Part shown: positions 50,527 through 64,000 of the stretch, piece after piece
How positions within the stretch are numbered: the first letter of the stretch is position 1
Layout of the letters: every line of letters begins with the position of its first letter
Translations under genes and position numbers: made by a program
Source: Octopus sinensis
Lineage: Eukaryota
Direction of reading: 5' to 3'
NCBI RefSeq assembly: GCF_006345805.1
Contig: NC_043014.1
Coordinates: forward strand, 40,734,001-40,798,000
DNA length: 64,000 nucleotides
Notes under the pieces: generated by a model
Seen by the model: only the letters and a program-made list of their open reading frames with translations
Databases searched by the model: none
What the model was told of the DNA's origin: nothing

Positions 50527-50747
50527 GGCGGTGAGCTGGCAGAAACATTAGCATGCCAGGTGAAATATCTAGTGGTATTTCGTCTGCCATTACGTTCTGA
50601 GTTCAAATTCCACCGAGGTCGACTTTGCCTTTCATCCTTTTGGTGTTGATAAATTAAGTACCAGTTATGCACTGGGGTCGATCTAATCGACTTAATCCCT
50701 TTGTCTGTCCCCTCTATGTTTAGCTCCTTGTGGGCAATAAAGAAAGA
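50527..50747 (+). mobile_element. SINE family C nested in family D with 14-bp TSD. Other C copies: 54210-54431 -, 54905-55135 -, 55460-55615 +
   Basis: AGAAACC(A/T)TGCCAA at 50513-50526 and 50748-50761. Confidence 0.9.
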
Positions 50748-51490
50748 AGAAACCTTGCCAAATCAGACAGGAGTCTGGTGCAACTCCCCAGCTTGTCAGC
50801 TCTGGTCAAACTGTCCAACCCATGGACACAGATGTTAAATAATGAGATAATATATATTATATATATATATATTATATATATAGATATATATATATATATA
50901 TATATATAGATATATATATATATCACCATGATCACCGTGACCAACCAGGTTATCAGATGTTGCTACACATCGCTGGTCACAATGTGCTTCGCATTGTTTT
51001 AGCCTTCAAATGACGCCACCCCACTGGCTAAGTGAGCAGGCCAACAGAAGAAAAGAATGAGAGAAAGCTGCAGCAAAAGAGCACAACAGGGATCGCCCCC
51101 CTCCCCCTGCCAGAGCCTCATAGAGCTTTAGGTGTTTTTGCTCAATAAACACTCACAACGCCCAGTCTGGGAATTGAAACCGCGATCCTATAACCGCGAG
51201 TCTGCTGCCTCAACTACTGGGCCATTGCGCCTCCATATATATATATATATTAGCGTTTTTAAATTTTTTAACTTTAAATTTAAATAATATTGAATTTTAT
51301 ATTTTATATTTTGTATATTTTATTAATTAATTTTATTTCTATGTTTTGGTTTATGTTTTTCACTGTTTGATTTGCCTAATAGTGGTTTTATCTCTAATTA
51401 ATATATATATATTTATACTGTAAAATTAGATTTAATCCTAAATCTAATTTTTCCCTGTAAGTTTGGATTTACTCCCTAATATTATCATAT

Positions 51491-51604
<114 letters not shown>

Positions 51605-51929
51605 CATACATACATATATGTATCAGTTTCCATATACCAAATCCACTTACAAGGTTTTGGTTGGCCCAAGGCTATAGCAGAAAACATACATTAGGACTGA
51701 ACCCAGAACCATATGGTTGTGAAGCAAGCTTCTTACTTCACAGCCATGCCAAGGGGTACTATGTAATGTATTTGTTGCATTATGTATATGTCTATATTCA
51801 ACAGTAGCTTAGTCTACTAGTTTGTCTGAACATCTATTAATTAGTGTTTTTATTCTATGGATTTCTGTACTGTTTCATTATGGAAGAGAATCCACATGCT
51901 TGCCTAAGTATTGATTTTACCATTGACAT

Positions 51930-52900
51930 TTTGCAGTTACATGGGCACTTGCCATCTCCATGTAAGTAAATGCATTTGTTTGTGTTTGTTTATTGTGTAA
52001 ACTAACATAATGTATCTATTGTTTGTAATCTAAATGCTTATGTCTAGAAATGGTGCTGTACTAGTATTGTTTTGGAAGTTGAATTTTAGCAGTACTGAAT
52101 TCCATTTTAGGTCTTCCTTTAATTTCTCAACACCTTTTGGTGTGTTCATTGCAACGAGTATATTGTCTATGTATCTAGTGTATGCTACATATTTGTGTTT
52201 AGGTATTATTATGTTTTCTGTTGTAGCTTGGTAATATGTGGCGAATGTGGGACCATAGGGAGAACCCATTGCTATTCCATCTTTTTTTTTATATAGCTTG
52301 TCTTGTCAACAGAATAAAGGTATTATCATAATACAGCTTAGTTGTAGTTTTTTTTTAATAATTTTGCTGATATCATGGGTGATTTTATTTTTGGCTGCTT
52401 GTATACATTATCTAATATAATGTAGAGTGCGTTTCAGCTATTGGAACATTAGTGAAAGAACTTTTAACATTAAGAGTAGAAATGGTTCCTTTTTGTTTCT
52501 TGTAAAATATCTATAAATTCTTTTGAAGACCTGATGCTGTAATTCTCTGGTGAGCATTTTGAAATAATGCTTTCTATTTGGTGATTCTTTATGGGAATGT
52601 ATTTATTTAAGATATTATAATAATGATGATGATGGGTCAAAGGGGGATTGTTTTGTTTGCATATTTTTACTTTACTATACATGTGCTAGAGTGAACTCTC
52701 CTTTGATGCTGGAAAAGTAGGTGGGGCGGGGTTGTTCTATTTAGATGTTTATTGCATTAATTATCTTATTTAATTTGATTTTTAATTAATAAGTGCTGAC
52801 ATTTTTGATTTTTCTAAACTTTTCATCATTTAGGAAGTTGTTGATTTTACAATATATTTTCCCTATCAATGATTACAAACATATTGATTTTGTCACTCTT
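51930..52900 (-). mobile_element. Degraded Penelope-like RT of a second family
   Basis: YSIRSSKEFIDIL, FTNVP, DGIAMGSPYGPTFA, YTRYIDNI and APFLDI motifs. Confidence 0.85.
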
Positions 52901-52934
52901 GCATATTCTTACATCATCATTATGTTTTAAGTGA

Positions 52935-53590
52935 GCCTGTTTTCACCTATGGACATACATGTAGGGTAATAACTGAAAGAGTATAATTGCAAAATGCAAG
53001 CAGCTGAAAAGGGGTCCTTCCAAAGTAACTTTAGCCCTTTCGTTACCAACCCGGCTGAAACTGGCTCTGGCTCTGTAGTACAAATGCCTAGCTTTCATAA
53101 GTTTCGAATTAAAATCTTCCACCAAACCTTAGTCACAATTTATGTTCCTAACACTTGCTAAATGATAACTAAGTTATTTTACAGAATTCTTTGTTATATT
53201 TAAAGTAATTGAAAGAAACACAGAGCATCTCAAAATAAATACAGTAATGAAAGGGTTAGAGTAATGTTACTCAATTGAGTTCAAAGCTCAAAGATTAGGG
53301 AATCTCTCTGAGTCAAGCATTTAGAGATCATAATTTCAGTGACACGGATATATTGTTAGAATGTCAAAAGGAAAGGATCACAAAATAGATTCTTGAAACT
53401 GAACCAACTGAAAAGAGGTCTAGGGGTAGACCAAGAATGAAATGGCTGGATAATATCTGTAGATTCAGTTGAACATGTGTGGGAATCCAGCAAGAAAGTG
53501 TAATGATGGTTGCTTCTGATAGGACTTTGTAGAGGAGGTACCTGAGGAGTCTACCCCCGTCACACTCCCAGGAACACTAGGTAGTGGAAA
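52935..53590 (+). mobile_element. RTE LINE C-terminal fragment interrupted by MITE a (53035-53255, TTAG duplication)
   Basis: PVFTYGH...QAAE.G | KIRESL...KRSRGRPRMKWLD..W.LPP. TTAG at 53031-53034 and 53256-53259. Confidence 0.8.
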
Positions 53591-55147
53591 TGGGTGGGGG
53601 GATAGATTGATGTTATAAGTATCTTCTTTCTATCTTTTATCTGTTTCAGTCGTTAGACTGCAACCATGTGGGGCACTGCCTTGAAGATTTTTTAGTTGAA
53701 TGAATCAACCCCAATCTTTATTTTCCTTTTTTTTTGAAGTTTGGTACTTATTCTATTATTTTTTTTTTACTGAACTGCTAAGTTATGGGGATATAAACAC
53801 ACCAACACCAGTTGTCAATTGGTGATGGTGCACAAACACAAAGTCATACACACACACGATGGGTTTCTTTTTGCTTCCATCTACCAAATGAACTCACAAG
53901 GCTTTGGTCTGCCTGAGGCTATAGTAGAAGACACTTTCCCAAGGTGCCACACAGTGGGACTGAACCTGGAACCATGTGGTTGTGAAGCAAGCTTCTTACA
54001 ACACAGCCATCATAATACTTGTTTAAGTTTCTAATTCAGTGTTTTGTTTTTCTTTTGTATCTATTTTTATTGCAATTAGCACAAAAGTAAGTCTAAGACT
54101 CTATTATTTCTGTTCATAGCGCATTTGTTCTTCAGGTGTTTTAGCTTTTAGTATAACAGTTTAATTTCAACTTTTTATTCTTGTTTTGAATATATTTTAG
54201 CTGTAGATATATTTCTTTACTAGCTACAAGGGGCTAAACACAGAGGGGACAAACAAGGACAGACAAACGGATTAAGTGGATTACATCGACCCCAGTGCGT
54301 AACTGGTACTTAATTTATCGACCCCGAAAGGATGAAAGGCAAAGTCGACCTCGGCGGAATTTGAACCTAGAATGTAACGGCAGACGAAATACGGCTACGC
54401 ATTTCGCCCGGCGTGCTAACGGTTCTGCCAGATAGAAGCCAATACCAATACTGAAGACCATAACTTGATCTGTGCTAATTGTATGCAGTAATAAATAAAT
54501 GAATTTAGTTCGTGTGGGATGGATGATTATCCGTTTGTATAGTTTACATATTTTATTAACATTTCTCTGCCTCAGCATCCAGAGAGCAATGTCCTTTTGC
54601 TATGGAAAGTTGCTCGTGTACTGGTTAATAAATGATTTTCATTTATGAATTTATCTATTTCCTTCTCCAAATGTATAATTTTGATTTTCATATTTTATGT
54701 TGCTTGGACTGCTTTGTGTATTTCTCTAACGATTAATTGCTTTAGGAATTCTGTTATACAGCTTTCACTGTTTTTTATTTTTTTGCTCTTTTATTGTATA
54801 TTTGTATATATGGAAAATAGCTTTTCTTTTAAATAGGAAGATATTAACAGAAAATGCTTGCATATTTTAAAGAATACCTCACAGAAACAGATGACTGCTC
54901 ACGGAAGCAATGCTAATGCTGATTTCAAATTTTGGTACAAGGCCAGCAATTTCAAGGGAGGGGCTAAGTCGATTACATCGACCCCTGAGCTCTACTGTTA
55001 CTTATTTTATTGACCCTGAAAGGATGAAAGGCGAAGTCGACCTTAGTGGAATTTGAGCTCAGAACATAAACACAAATGAAATGCCACTAAGCATTTTTAC
55101 CTGGTGTGCTAATGATTCTGCCAGTTTTCCACCTTATTGTGTTGTAA

Positions 55148-55438
55148 CCTCTCGAAAGAGCTGTTCTTCACTCCTGCTCTAGAGAGTCGGCTGTGGGGTC
55201 ACTCCGAAAAGCTCTATCTGCGATGATTTCATCTCAATCGAAGGAGAGGGGCTTTCTCTGTCCGGGTTGTGGATCTGTGGAATAAGCTGCCGGACGAGAT
55301 AGTGAAGATGCCGACGACCGCTCGGTTCAAAGTCTCTCTTGACCAGAAACCCTCCCTGTACATAACTCCATGTCCCCCTACATGGCCTTGCTTTTCACTT
55401 TTTGAGCCAAAAAATTAACTTAACTTAACTTAACTTAA
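55148..55438 (+). mobile_element. CR1-clade LINE 3' end
   Basis: GHSEKL...RRGAFSVRVVDLWNKLPDEIV...FKVSLD followed by a (TTAAC)n tail. Confidence 0.8.
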
Positions 55439-55839
55439 TATTAGTGCTGCTTCTAGGGAATGAGCTGGCAAAATCGTTAACATGCTTAGTGACATTTTAT
55501 CTGCCTTTACATTCTGAGTTCAAATTCTGCCAAGGTCAACTCTGCCTTTCATCCTTTCAGGGTTGATAAATTAAGTACTAGTTAAATACTGGGGTCAATG
55601 TAATTGACTTAACCCCTTACTCTTTACTCTCTCTCTTTTACTTGTTTCAGTCATTTGACTGTGGCCATGCTGGAGCACCGCCTTTAGTCGAGCATATCGA
55701 CCCCAGGATTTATTCTTTGTAAGCCTGATAACTATTCTATCGGTCTCTTTTGCCGAACCGCTAAGTTACGGGGACGTAAACACACCAGCATCAGTTGCCA
55801 AGCGATGTTGGCGGGGACAAACAAAGACACACACACATG

Positions 55840-55889
<50 letters not shown>

Positions 55890-56229
55890 ACAGGCTTCTT
55901 TCAGTTTCTGTCTACAAAATCCACCCACAAGGCTTTGATTGGCCTGAGGCTATATAGTAGAAGACACTTGCCCAAGGTGCCATGCAATGGAACTGAACCT
56001 GGAACCATGTAGTTTGTAAGCAAGCTACTTACCACACAGCCACTCCTACCCCTTCTCCAAAATTGCTGGCCTTGTGCCAAAAATTTGAAACCAATATTAC
56101 AACACAAGGCTACAATATAACATGCACATGGCACAAATGCAAATCCAGTAATGAGGACCTCTAATGCACTAACAGACAAGGTCTAGCAGGGAAAGTCTGT
56201 ATAAAAATAAGCTGTTAAGGGAACTCGCA

Positions 56230-56720
56230 ACAAGAGAGCTTCTCCAGTGTGGTCAACCATCAAGGAGGAGGGGAACACTAATCAGTGTACAGCTTGCCTG
56301 GTTTCATTACCACCTGGCAACACAGTTATCCAACCCCAAACTTGACAATGGTACATTCTTCAATCACATTGTGGCAAATAGCCTGCTGACCCAGGCTGGC
56401 CCATACAGCATAAAAGAGCTTCAAAAAATGCTTTAAAAGGTTAGGAAACAAGATACCAAGTCCAGACAACATCTCAGTCATCATCTGGAAGAATCTACTC
56501 TTCCACAATTATTTGTTGGGCTTCTGCAATGAAACTTATAAAGGAGACAACCCAACAGACTTGTTAGAGTAAAGGTTGTTTGCCAACAAAACATGGCAGT
56601 CCTGGTTTAGGACAAATGTTGCTGTAATTTGGCCCCAGATGGCTATATGACATGATCTGTGATCTTACATTTTTTGAACAAGGGAATCTAGCATCCCCAC
56701 TCACCTCAAAACAATATCTG
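56230..56720 (-). mobile_element. Highly decayed L1/Tx1-like RT relic
   Basis: IPLFKK, CFVG and LKLFY fragments in the expected order, with many lesions. Confidence 0.35.
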
Positions 56721-56850
56721 TGTATTGCGATTTCCGGGATATTTCCCTTCATCGGTACAGAATAACCGTTCAGTTAGAGGTGGCACTGCGAAATTCCCGT
56801 TCGAAATATATAGTTTGCAAAGTGACAACTAGTTACTGATTTATAAATTA

Positions 56851-56934
56851 GAAAATTACTATTTTTAAATCTCACAACGAGAGAGTACTGTTGCTGAATA
56901 TCTCTCATTGTGAGGTTTAAAAATAGTAATTTTC
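56851..56934. other. 84-nt near-perfect hairpin (pre-miRNA-like or tiny MITE)
   Basis: 34-bp arms with one mismatch and one G-T pair, 16-nt loop. No TSD seen. Confidence 0.4.
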
Positions 56935-57309
56935 AGACTTGTCAGAGTTTTTAATTATTCTACTTTTAAAGACAAGTAATATTAACCTGTCTCAGAACTA
57001 CAGTGTAATTACATTCTCACATCTATCTTCAAAAATCTACAACTCTATACTCTTGACTTTCCCTACACGTGAACCCTATCCTAAGAAGGATTCAAAATGG
57101 TTTCCACATACAACTTTGCCCTCAGATGAATGATAGAAGAGAAGCTTAGGATTATCAAGAAAACGCAAATGTTGTATTTGTTAATTTCTTCAAGGGATTT
57201 TATAGCATCAGTTGACTGACTATGCCATATATCCTGCAGAATTATAGTATCAAAGCTAACACCATCATATATGGAAATCTGTCATACTTTGAGCATAGGA
57301 TCAATATTC

Positions 57310-58222
57310 CTATTTCTCTACTATCCACAAGGGGCTAAACACAGAGGAGACAAACAAGGACTGACAGATGGATTAAGTCATTTATATCGACCCCAGTGCA
57401 TAACTGGTACTTAATTTATTGACCCCGAAAAGGTGAAAGGCAAAGTCGTCCTCGGCAGAATTTGAACTTAGAACATAACGGCAGACGAAATACCTATTTC
57501 TTTATTACCCACAAGGGGCTAAACACAGAGGGGACAGACATAGGTATTAAGTCGATTACATCGACCCCAGTGCGTAACTGGTACTTAATTTATCGACCCT
57601 GAAAGGATGAAAGGCAAAGTCGTCCTCGGCAGAATTTGAACTTAGAACATAACGGCAGACGAAATACCTATTTCTTTATTACCCACAAGGGGCTAAACAC
57701 AGAGGGGACAGACATAGGTATTAAGTCGATTACATCGACCCCAGTGCGTAACTGGTACTTAATTTATCGACCCTGAAAGGATGAAAGGCAAAGTCGTCCT
57801 CGGCAGAATTTGAACTTAGAACATAACGGCAGACAAAATACCTATTTCTTTATTACCCACAAGGGGCTAAACACAGAGGGGACAGACATAGGTATTAAGT
57901 CGATTACATCGACCCCAGTGCGTAACTGGTACTTAATTTATCGACCCTGAAAGGATGAAAGGCAAAGTCGTCCTCGGCAGAATTTGAACTTAGAACATAA
58001 CGGCAGACGAAATACCTATTTCTTTATTACCCACAAGGGGCTAAACACAGAGGGGACAGACATAGGTATTAAGTCGATTACATCGACCCCAGTGCGTAAC
58101 TGGTACTTAATTTATCGACCCTGAAAGGATGAAAGGCAAAGTTGACCTTGGCAGAATTTGAACTCAGAACGTAGCGGCAGACGAAATACCGCTAAGCATT
58201 TCGCCCGGCGTGCTTAACGTTT
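57310..58222 (-). repeat. Tandem array of SINE family C with a 174-bp period (5 units)
   Basis: Unit starts at 57508, 57682, 57856 and 58030. Only the last unit carries the tRNA-like head. Confidence 0.95.
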
Positions 58223-59609
58223 CTGCCAGCTCATCGCCTTAGCATCAATATTCCAATTAACCCTTTAGCATTCAGATGTAATGCTTATTTTATTCAGATG
58301 CAATGCTTATTGATTCATATTTTTTTGAATTAATCATGCATTATCTCATAGCTTTGAAATTTTAAAGATGTGATTGTTCATTTTTAAAATTACATTGTAG
58401 CATAAGTATGAGAGGCCAGATCAGACTGGTTTTATCATAGAAAGGATAGAATATTTAGGCCCGATATGGCTGGTTCAAATGCTAAAGGGTCAAAGAGCTT
58501 CTAACAACAAAAATCCATCAGAGAGATATCCTAAATTCTTTTGCTCTTTTGCCTTTGTGATTGTGGTGGAACACATCCTTAGGCAAAATTTTCATCCTAT
58601 CCATGACAAAGGAGCCATTATCAAGCAACAGGAAACAAGATGTCAGTAAAGCATTTATCTCATGTAACCTTGACTATGCTGATGGTCTTGTCCTCAAAGC
58701 TCATTAACTATAAGATGTGCATGATTAAGGAGTGGCTGTGTGGAAAGTAGCATGCTTACCAACCACATGGTTCCGGGTTCAGTCCCACTGCGTGGCACCT
58801 TGGGCAAGTGTCTTCTACCATAGCCTCGGGCCGACCAAAGCCTTGTGAGTGGATTTGGTAGACAGAAACTGAAAGAAGCCTGTTGTATATATGTATATAT
58901 ATATATGGGTGTGTGTGTGTGTGTGTATGTTTGTGTGTCTGTGTTTATCCCTCTAGCATTGCTTGACAACCGATGCTGGTCTGTTTAAGTCTCCGTAACT
59001 TAGCAGTTCAGCAAAAGAGACCAATAGAATGAGTACTAAGCTTACAAAGAATAAGTCCCGGGGTCGAATTGCTCGACTAAAGGCGGTGCTCCAGCATGGT
59101 CGCAGTCAAATGACTGAAACAAGTAAAAGAGTAAAGAATAAAGAGTATCCACTGGAAATGCTGCAGCCAAAGTTAGTCTTTTTCTCTGTGCAATGGAAGC
59201 AGAATACATGACTTTTAATGGAAATGGATATTGTAGCTGTGATACCAGTGCCGGTGGCACGTAAGCGAACCATCTGAACGTGGCTGTTGCCAGCGCCGCC
59301 CTGACGGGCCTCCGTGTCGGTGGTACGTAAAAAGCATCATCCGATCATGGCTGTTGCCAGCCTCGCCTGGCCCCCGTGCCGGTGGCACGTAAAAAGCACC
59401 ATCCAACCGTGGCCATTTGCCAGCCCCATCTGGCAGCTGTGCTGGTGTCACGTAAAAAGCACCCACTACACTCACGGAGTGGTTGGCGTTAGGAAAGGCA
59501 TCCAGACGTAGAAACATTGCCAGATCAGACTGGGCCTGGTGCAGCCTCCTGGCTTCCCAGACCCCAGTTGAACCGTCAAACCCATGCTAGCATGGAAAAC
59601 GAACGTTAA

Positions 59610-59640
<31 letters not shown>

Positions 59641-59974
59641 GGATGATGATGAAGCCCACATGCCAATTTGTTCCAATGATGGTACAGAGAATCAAGTAAG
59701 TAAATAGCTTCAAGTTATTTGGGTTGGATCCTGCAATGCTGACAGTAAGAATAATTTCCTCACACATAAGGCACTATCCTGGAGTGTCTGATGCAGAGTG
59801 AGGCTGCTTGGCACAGATTGACTTTGAACGCTGTTGCACATGAGCACTAAGTTATAATGTTCTCATTCACTGCCATTGTTTGTAGCAGTGCTTGGAAGTA
59901 AAGTGTGGGGTTGACTCACCACACCACACCACACCACGGAAGTTCCATAAGTAACCATGGCAGAGAAAATGTGT

Positions 59975-59979
59975 GAGTG

Positions 59980-60029
<50 letters not shown>

Positions 60030-60226
60030 TCTTTATTCACCATAAGGTTGAGAAAAAGAGGGGACAATATGGGGACAGACAAAACAAACGTTGGGGGTCA
60101 GAGAGAGAGGGAGAGAGAGGGAGAGAGAGAGGGAGAGAGAGGGGGAGAGAGAGAATTTCTTTATTGACCATAAGGTTGAGAAAAAGAGTGGCAATATGGG
60201 GACAGACAAAACAAACGTTGGGGGTC

Positions 60227-60261
<35 letters not shown>

Positions 60262-60347
60262 AGGAGAGAGAGAGAGGGAGAGAGAATGGGAGAGAGAGAG
60301 GGAGAGAGAGAGGGAGAGAGAGAGGGAGAGAGAGGGAGAGAGAGAGG

Positions 60348-60378
<31 letters not shown>
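59975..60378. repeat. (GA)n-embedded duplication of an ~80-bp SINE C-like 3' end
   Basis: AATTTCTTTATT(C/G)ACCATAAGGTTGAGAAAAAGAG...GTTGGGGGTC occurs at ~60025 and ~60153. Confidence 0.75.
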
Positions 60379-60425
60379 TGCGTGCATTGAAAGAGACAGC
60401 TTGAAGGTCATTACGGCCAAGAATT

Positions 60426-60609
60426 TTTCCAAAAATCAAATCTAAATTGAAAAGAACAGGATTTCAATATATTGAGGAAATCCATGAGAACACAATGAGG
60501 CAGATACTCGCTATCCCCAAAAAAGGAGTTCCAGAAATGCTTCCATCAGTGACAACAACATTGGATAAAGTGTACGGCATCAGACGGGGACTACTCTGAA
60601 GAGGATTGA
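60426..60609 (+). pseudogene. Mariner transposase C-terminal relic
   Basis: FPKIKSKLK..F..IEEI...IPK.EFQKCFHQ*QQHWIKC.ASDGDYSEED*. Confidence 0.8.
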
Positions 60610-61844
60610 ATGTTGAATCAATATAATTGATATGTATTGTAGTTATCTTTTTACAGCACCACTCCTTACACCACAGGGAGCAGGAGTGGCTGTGTGGTAA
60701 GTAGCTTGCTTACCAACCATATGGTTCTGGGTTCAGTCCCATTGCGTGGCACCTTGGGCAAGTGTCTTCTACTATAGCCTCAGGCCGACCAATGCCTTGT
60801 GAGTGGATTTGGTAGACGGAAACTGAAAGAAGCCTGTCGTATATATGTATATACATATACGTATGTGTGTGTGTGTTTGTGTGTCTGTGTTTGTCTCCCT
60901 AGCATTGCTTGACAACCGATGCTGGTGTGTTTACGTCCCCGTCACTTAGCGGTTTGGCAAAAGACCGATATAATAAGTACTGGGCTTACAAAGAATAAGT
61001 CCCCCGGGGTCGATTTGCTCGACTAAAGGCGGTGCTCCAGCATGGCCGCAGTCAAATGACTGAAACAAGTAAGAGAGTAAAAGAGAGAGAGTCCCATAAA
61101 TTTTTGATCAGACCTCACATATGCACATACTTGAATATGTATAAATGACAGAAGAGCATGAAGATTGCTTGAAGCATCGCGATACGGAAGTGGAATAATA
61201 AAAAACAGAAAGGAGGAGAGCTTTTAACAATGCAAAGAGGACAGTTGAATAACCTTTTATATATTTCAAGAACAAAGGATCATCACATCAGAAGAATAAT
61301 ACACTTGAGAAATGTGAGTTTATGTAGATCTTGCTATTTAGATTGCCTGAAATATATAACCATTATTCTGTTTCCTTCTTTCTATTGTTAGAAGCTCTCA
61401 GCCTTTCCTTTTTCGTTTGTTATTTGATATGTGTGTAAATACACATACACATACATATATATATATATACATATATGCACATATACATATTGGCATTAGG
61501 AAGGACATCCAGCTGTAGAAAACATGCCAAAGATGACAATTAAGGGTATGAAGACAGGGTAAGCTCCAGGCCCACCAGGAATCACAGCTGAGATGCTTAA
61601 AACACACAAATAAGAAGGAAGAAAGCAAAGGACCACTGATGAGGTCACAGGTGTGCGACGAAAGAACACTAGCCGAAATAAGATTAATGTAAAAAATGAA
61701 TAACGCTGAAGCAAAGTAACATCAAATATATAATGCGTGTGTTTTTATTGGCTAAACTGGCAAAATGACCATTCCTAAATACAACAATATCTGTTTCAAC
61801 AGACGATTTCACATCAAAAATCTTGCAAAACAAATATATAAATG

Positions 61845-62353
61845 TAACATATATATATATATATACATATATATATACACATATATATATGCATATATAT
61901 ATACATATATATACATACATATATATATACATACATATATATATACATATATATAATACATATATAACATACATATATATATACATACATATATTATATA
62001 TACATATATATATACATACATACATCATACATATATACATACATACATATATATATATATATTATATATATACACACATATATATACATATATACATATA
62101 TATATACATATACATACACATATATATATATATACACATATATATATACATATTTATATACATACATATACATACACATACATATACATACACATACATA
62201 TACATACACATACATACATATACATATACATACACATACATATATATATACATATATAAACATATATATATATACATACATATATACATATATATACATA
62301 TATATATATACATACATATATATATACATATATATACATATATATATACATAC

Positions 62354-62386
<33 letters not shown>

Positions 62387-62392
62387 CATACA

Positions 62393-62430
<38 letters not shown>

Positions 62431-62651
62431 CATTAATTTACTCTGCTATGTATTGAGTACCTTATACTGTGGTTAACCCCGACTCAACCCGGGACCTACA
62501 TATATACATACATATATATACATATATATAATATATTATATATACATAATATATCATATATACTGATATATATATATATACATACATAATATATATATAT
62601 ACATATATATATATAATACATATATATATATACATACATATATATACATAT

Positions 62652-62683
<32 letters not shown>

Positions 62684-62991
62684 CATATATATATATACAT
62701 TATAATAATATAGTACAATATATATATATACGTATATATATACATATATATATACATATTATAATATACATATTATATAACATATATACATATATATACA
62801 TATATATATACATATTATATACATATATATACATATATATATACATATATATATACATATATATAGATATACATATATATAGATATACATATATATAGAT
62901 ATACATAAATATACATATACATATATATATATATATTATATACACATATATAATAACACATATATATATACATATACACCTATATATATAC

Positions 62992-63025
<34 letters not shown>

Positions 63026-63132
63026 CTATATATATAACATATATACATATATATATATACATATATACATATATACTATATATATATACACCATATATAT
63101 ATACATATTATATATAACATATATATATATAC

Positions 63133-63179
<47 letters not shown>

Positions 63180-63335
63180 CATATAACATATATATATACA
63201 TATATATATATATACCATATATATATACATACATATATATAATACATATATATATATACATATATAATACATATATATATATATACATATATATATATAC
63301 ATATATATTTATATACACAAACATATATATATTAT
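61845..63335. repeat. ~1.5-kb degenerate (TA)n/(TACA)n microsatellite field. Many shorter (TA)n tracts occur throughout
   Basis: Direct inspection. Source of the YI-rich spurious ORFs. Confidence 0.95.
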
Positions 63336-63339
63336 ATAA

Positions 63340-63800
63340 CTTGGTTTAAGAAGAGACAGAAATTTAGATAAATTTAGATAAATCATTCTATAGTTATGCT
63401 TTACATCAACATAATAAATACATGTAACACAAAATTCTAGCAGAACAAAGAACATATCTATAAGCTATTTAGAGTAGAATTAAGAATTACATATAGTAAA
63501 AATATACAGGATTAGGATAAATAAATAAAGGGTGATATATCGATTAAAAATCATATTACATTTAAGACTACAAATGTTGAATAAAGATTAAAAGTTGTAA
63601 GATATATTGCCGGTAATGAGAAATCCTAGTGATGGGTGTAAAGTTTTAGAAGAGTTCCAAAGAAATGTTTATTGAGGGTTATAACATCATATATGAAGCA
63701 ATTTGATGGCCGTTTCTGGAGTCTATATGTCAACAAGGTATGAATCCTTTAATTTCACACTGACAATGTCTCCTTCATCAGGAGTAAGTAAATAGATAAT
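63340..63800 (-). mobile_element. Probable PLE 3' end with a decayed hammerhead-like motif (~63700-63785)
   Basis: Minus strand CTGATGA-A-GGAG...CTCC-A-GAAA-CGGCCATC. The element ends at the TA field. Helix I partners do not match. Confidence 0.45.
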
Positions 63801-64000
63801 TAAGTTTGTAGAAATGTAAAAGAGAAAAGAAAATTTTAGGTTACATCATGTTAGTTGTCGGCTACACTATCAAATACCAATCATTTATGTGATGATTCAT
63901 ACTTATATATGAAAAGAAATTTCTAGTGTCGGGTGATGAGAGAATTAAAAAAAAAATCGAATAGAGAGGAATCTGTTTTGGGGCTTGAAAATGCATCTGA

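Noticed and set aside
61632-61675. CTGATGA-GGTC...GAC-GAAA-GAACAC-TA hammerhead-like string
   Set aside because: No helix I complementarity (ACCA versus GCCG), so the fold cannot close.

Overview
This is a repeat-saturated, AT-rich metazoan window, most likely from an Octopus (coleoid cephalopod) nuclear genome. The organism is inferred from a cytochrome b NUMT readable in the invertebrate mitochondrial code and from the SINE/LINE repertoire. I found no intact protein-coding gene. Nearly all ORF-track entries are microsatellite translations or decayed transposon fragments. Two short, well-flanked candidate exons on the minus strand (28726-28783, 14446-14541) suggest the window may be mostly intron of an unidentified host gene. 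Contents: Penelope-like elements (PLEs; RT + GIY-YIG) with hammerhead ribozymes, RTE/RTE-X/CR1/HERO LINE remnants, several tRNA-derived SINE families, a highly repeated RTE 3'-UTR family with internal tandem units, Tigger/pogo and mariner relics, piggyBac-like and Kolobok-like TTAA MITEs, two non-autonomous Helitrons, one solo LTR and long degenerate microsatellites. The most striking signal is a recurring class of short, ORF-less, head-to-head inverted PLE terminal cassettes, usually next to (TA)n. The best example (46510-46734) is a spacer-less perfect 154-bp palindrome with a minimal hammerhead on each strand. Other notable items: a twin-priming-type inverted RTE, a 395-bp RTE-derived short retroposon with TSDs, a nascent SINE-derived 174-bp satellite and a cytb NUMT. 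All family assignments come from motif recognition by eye, not database searches.
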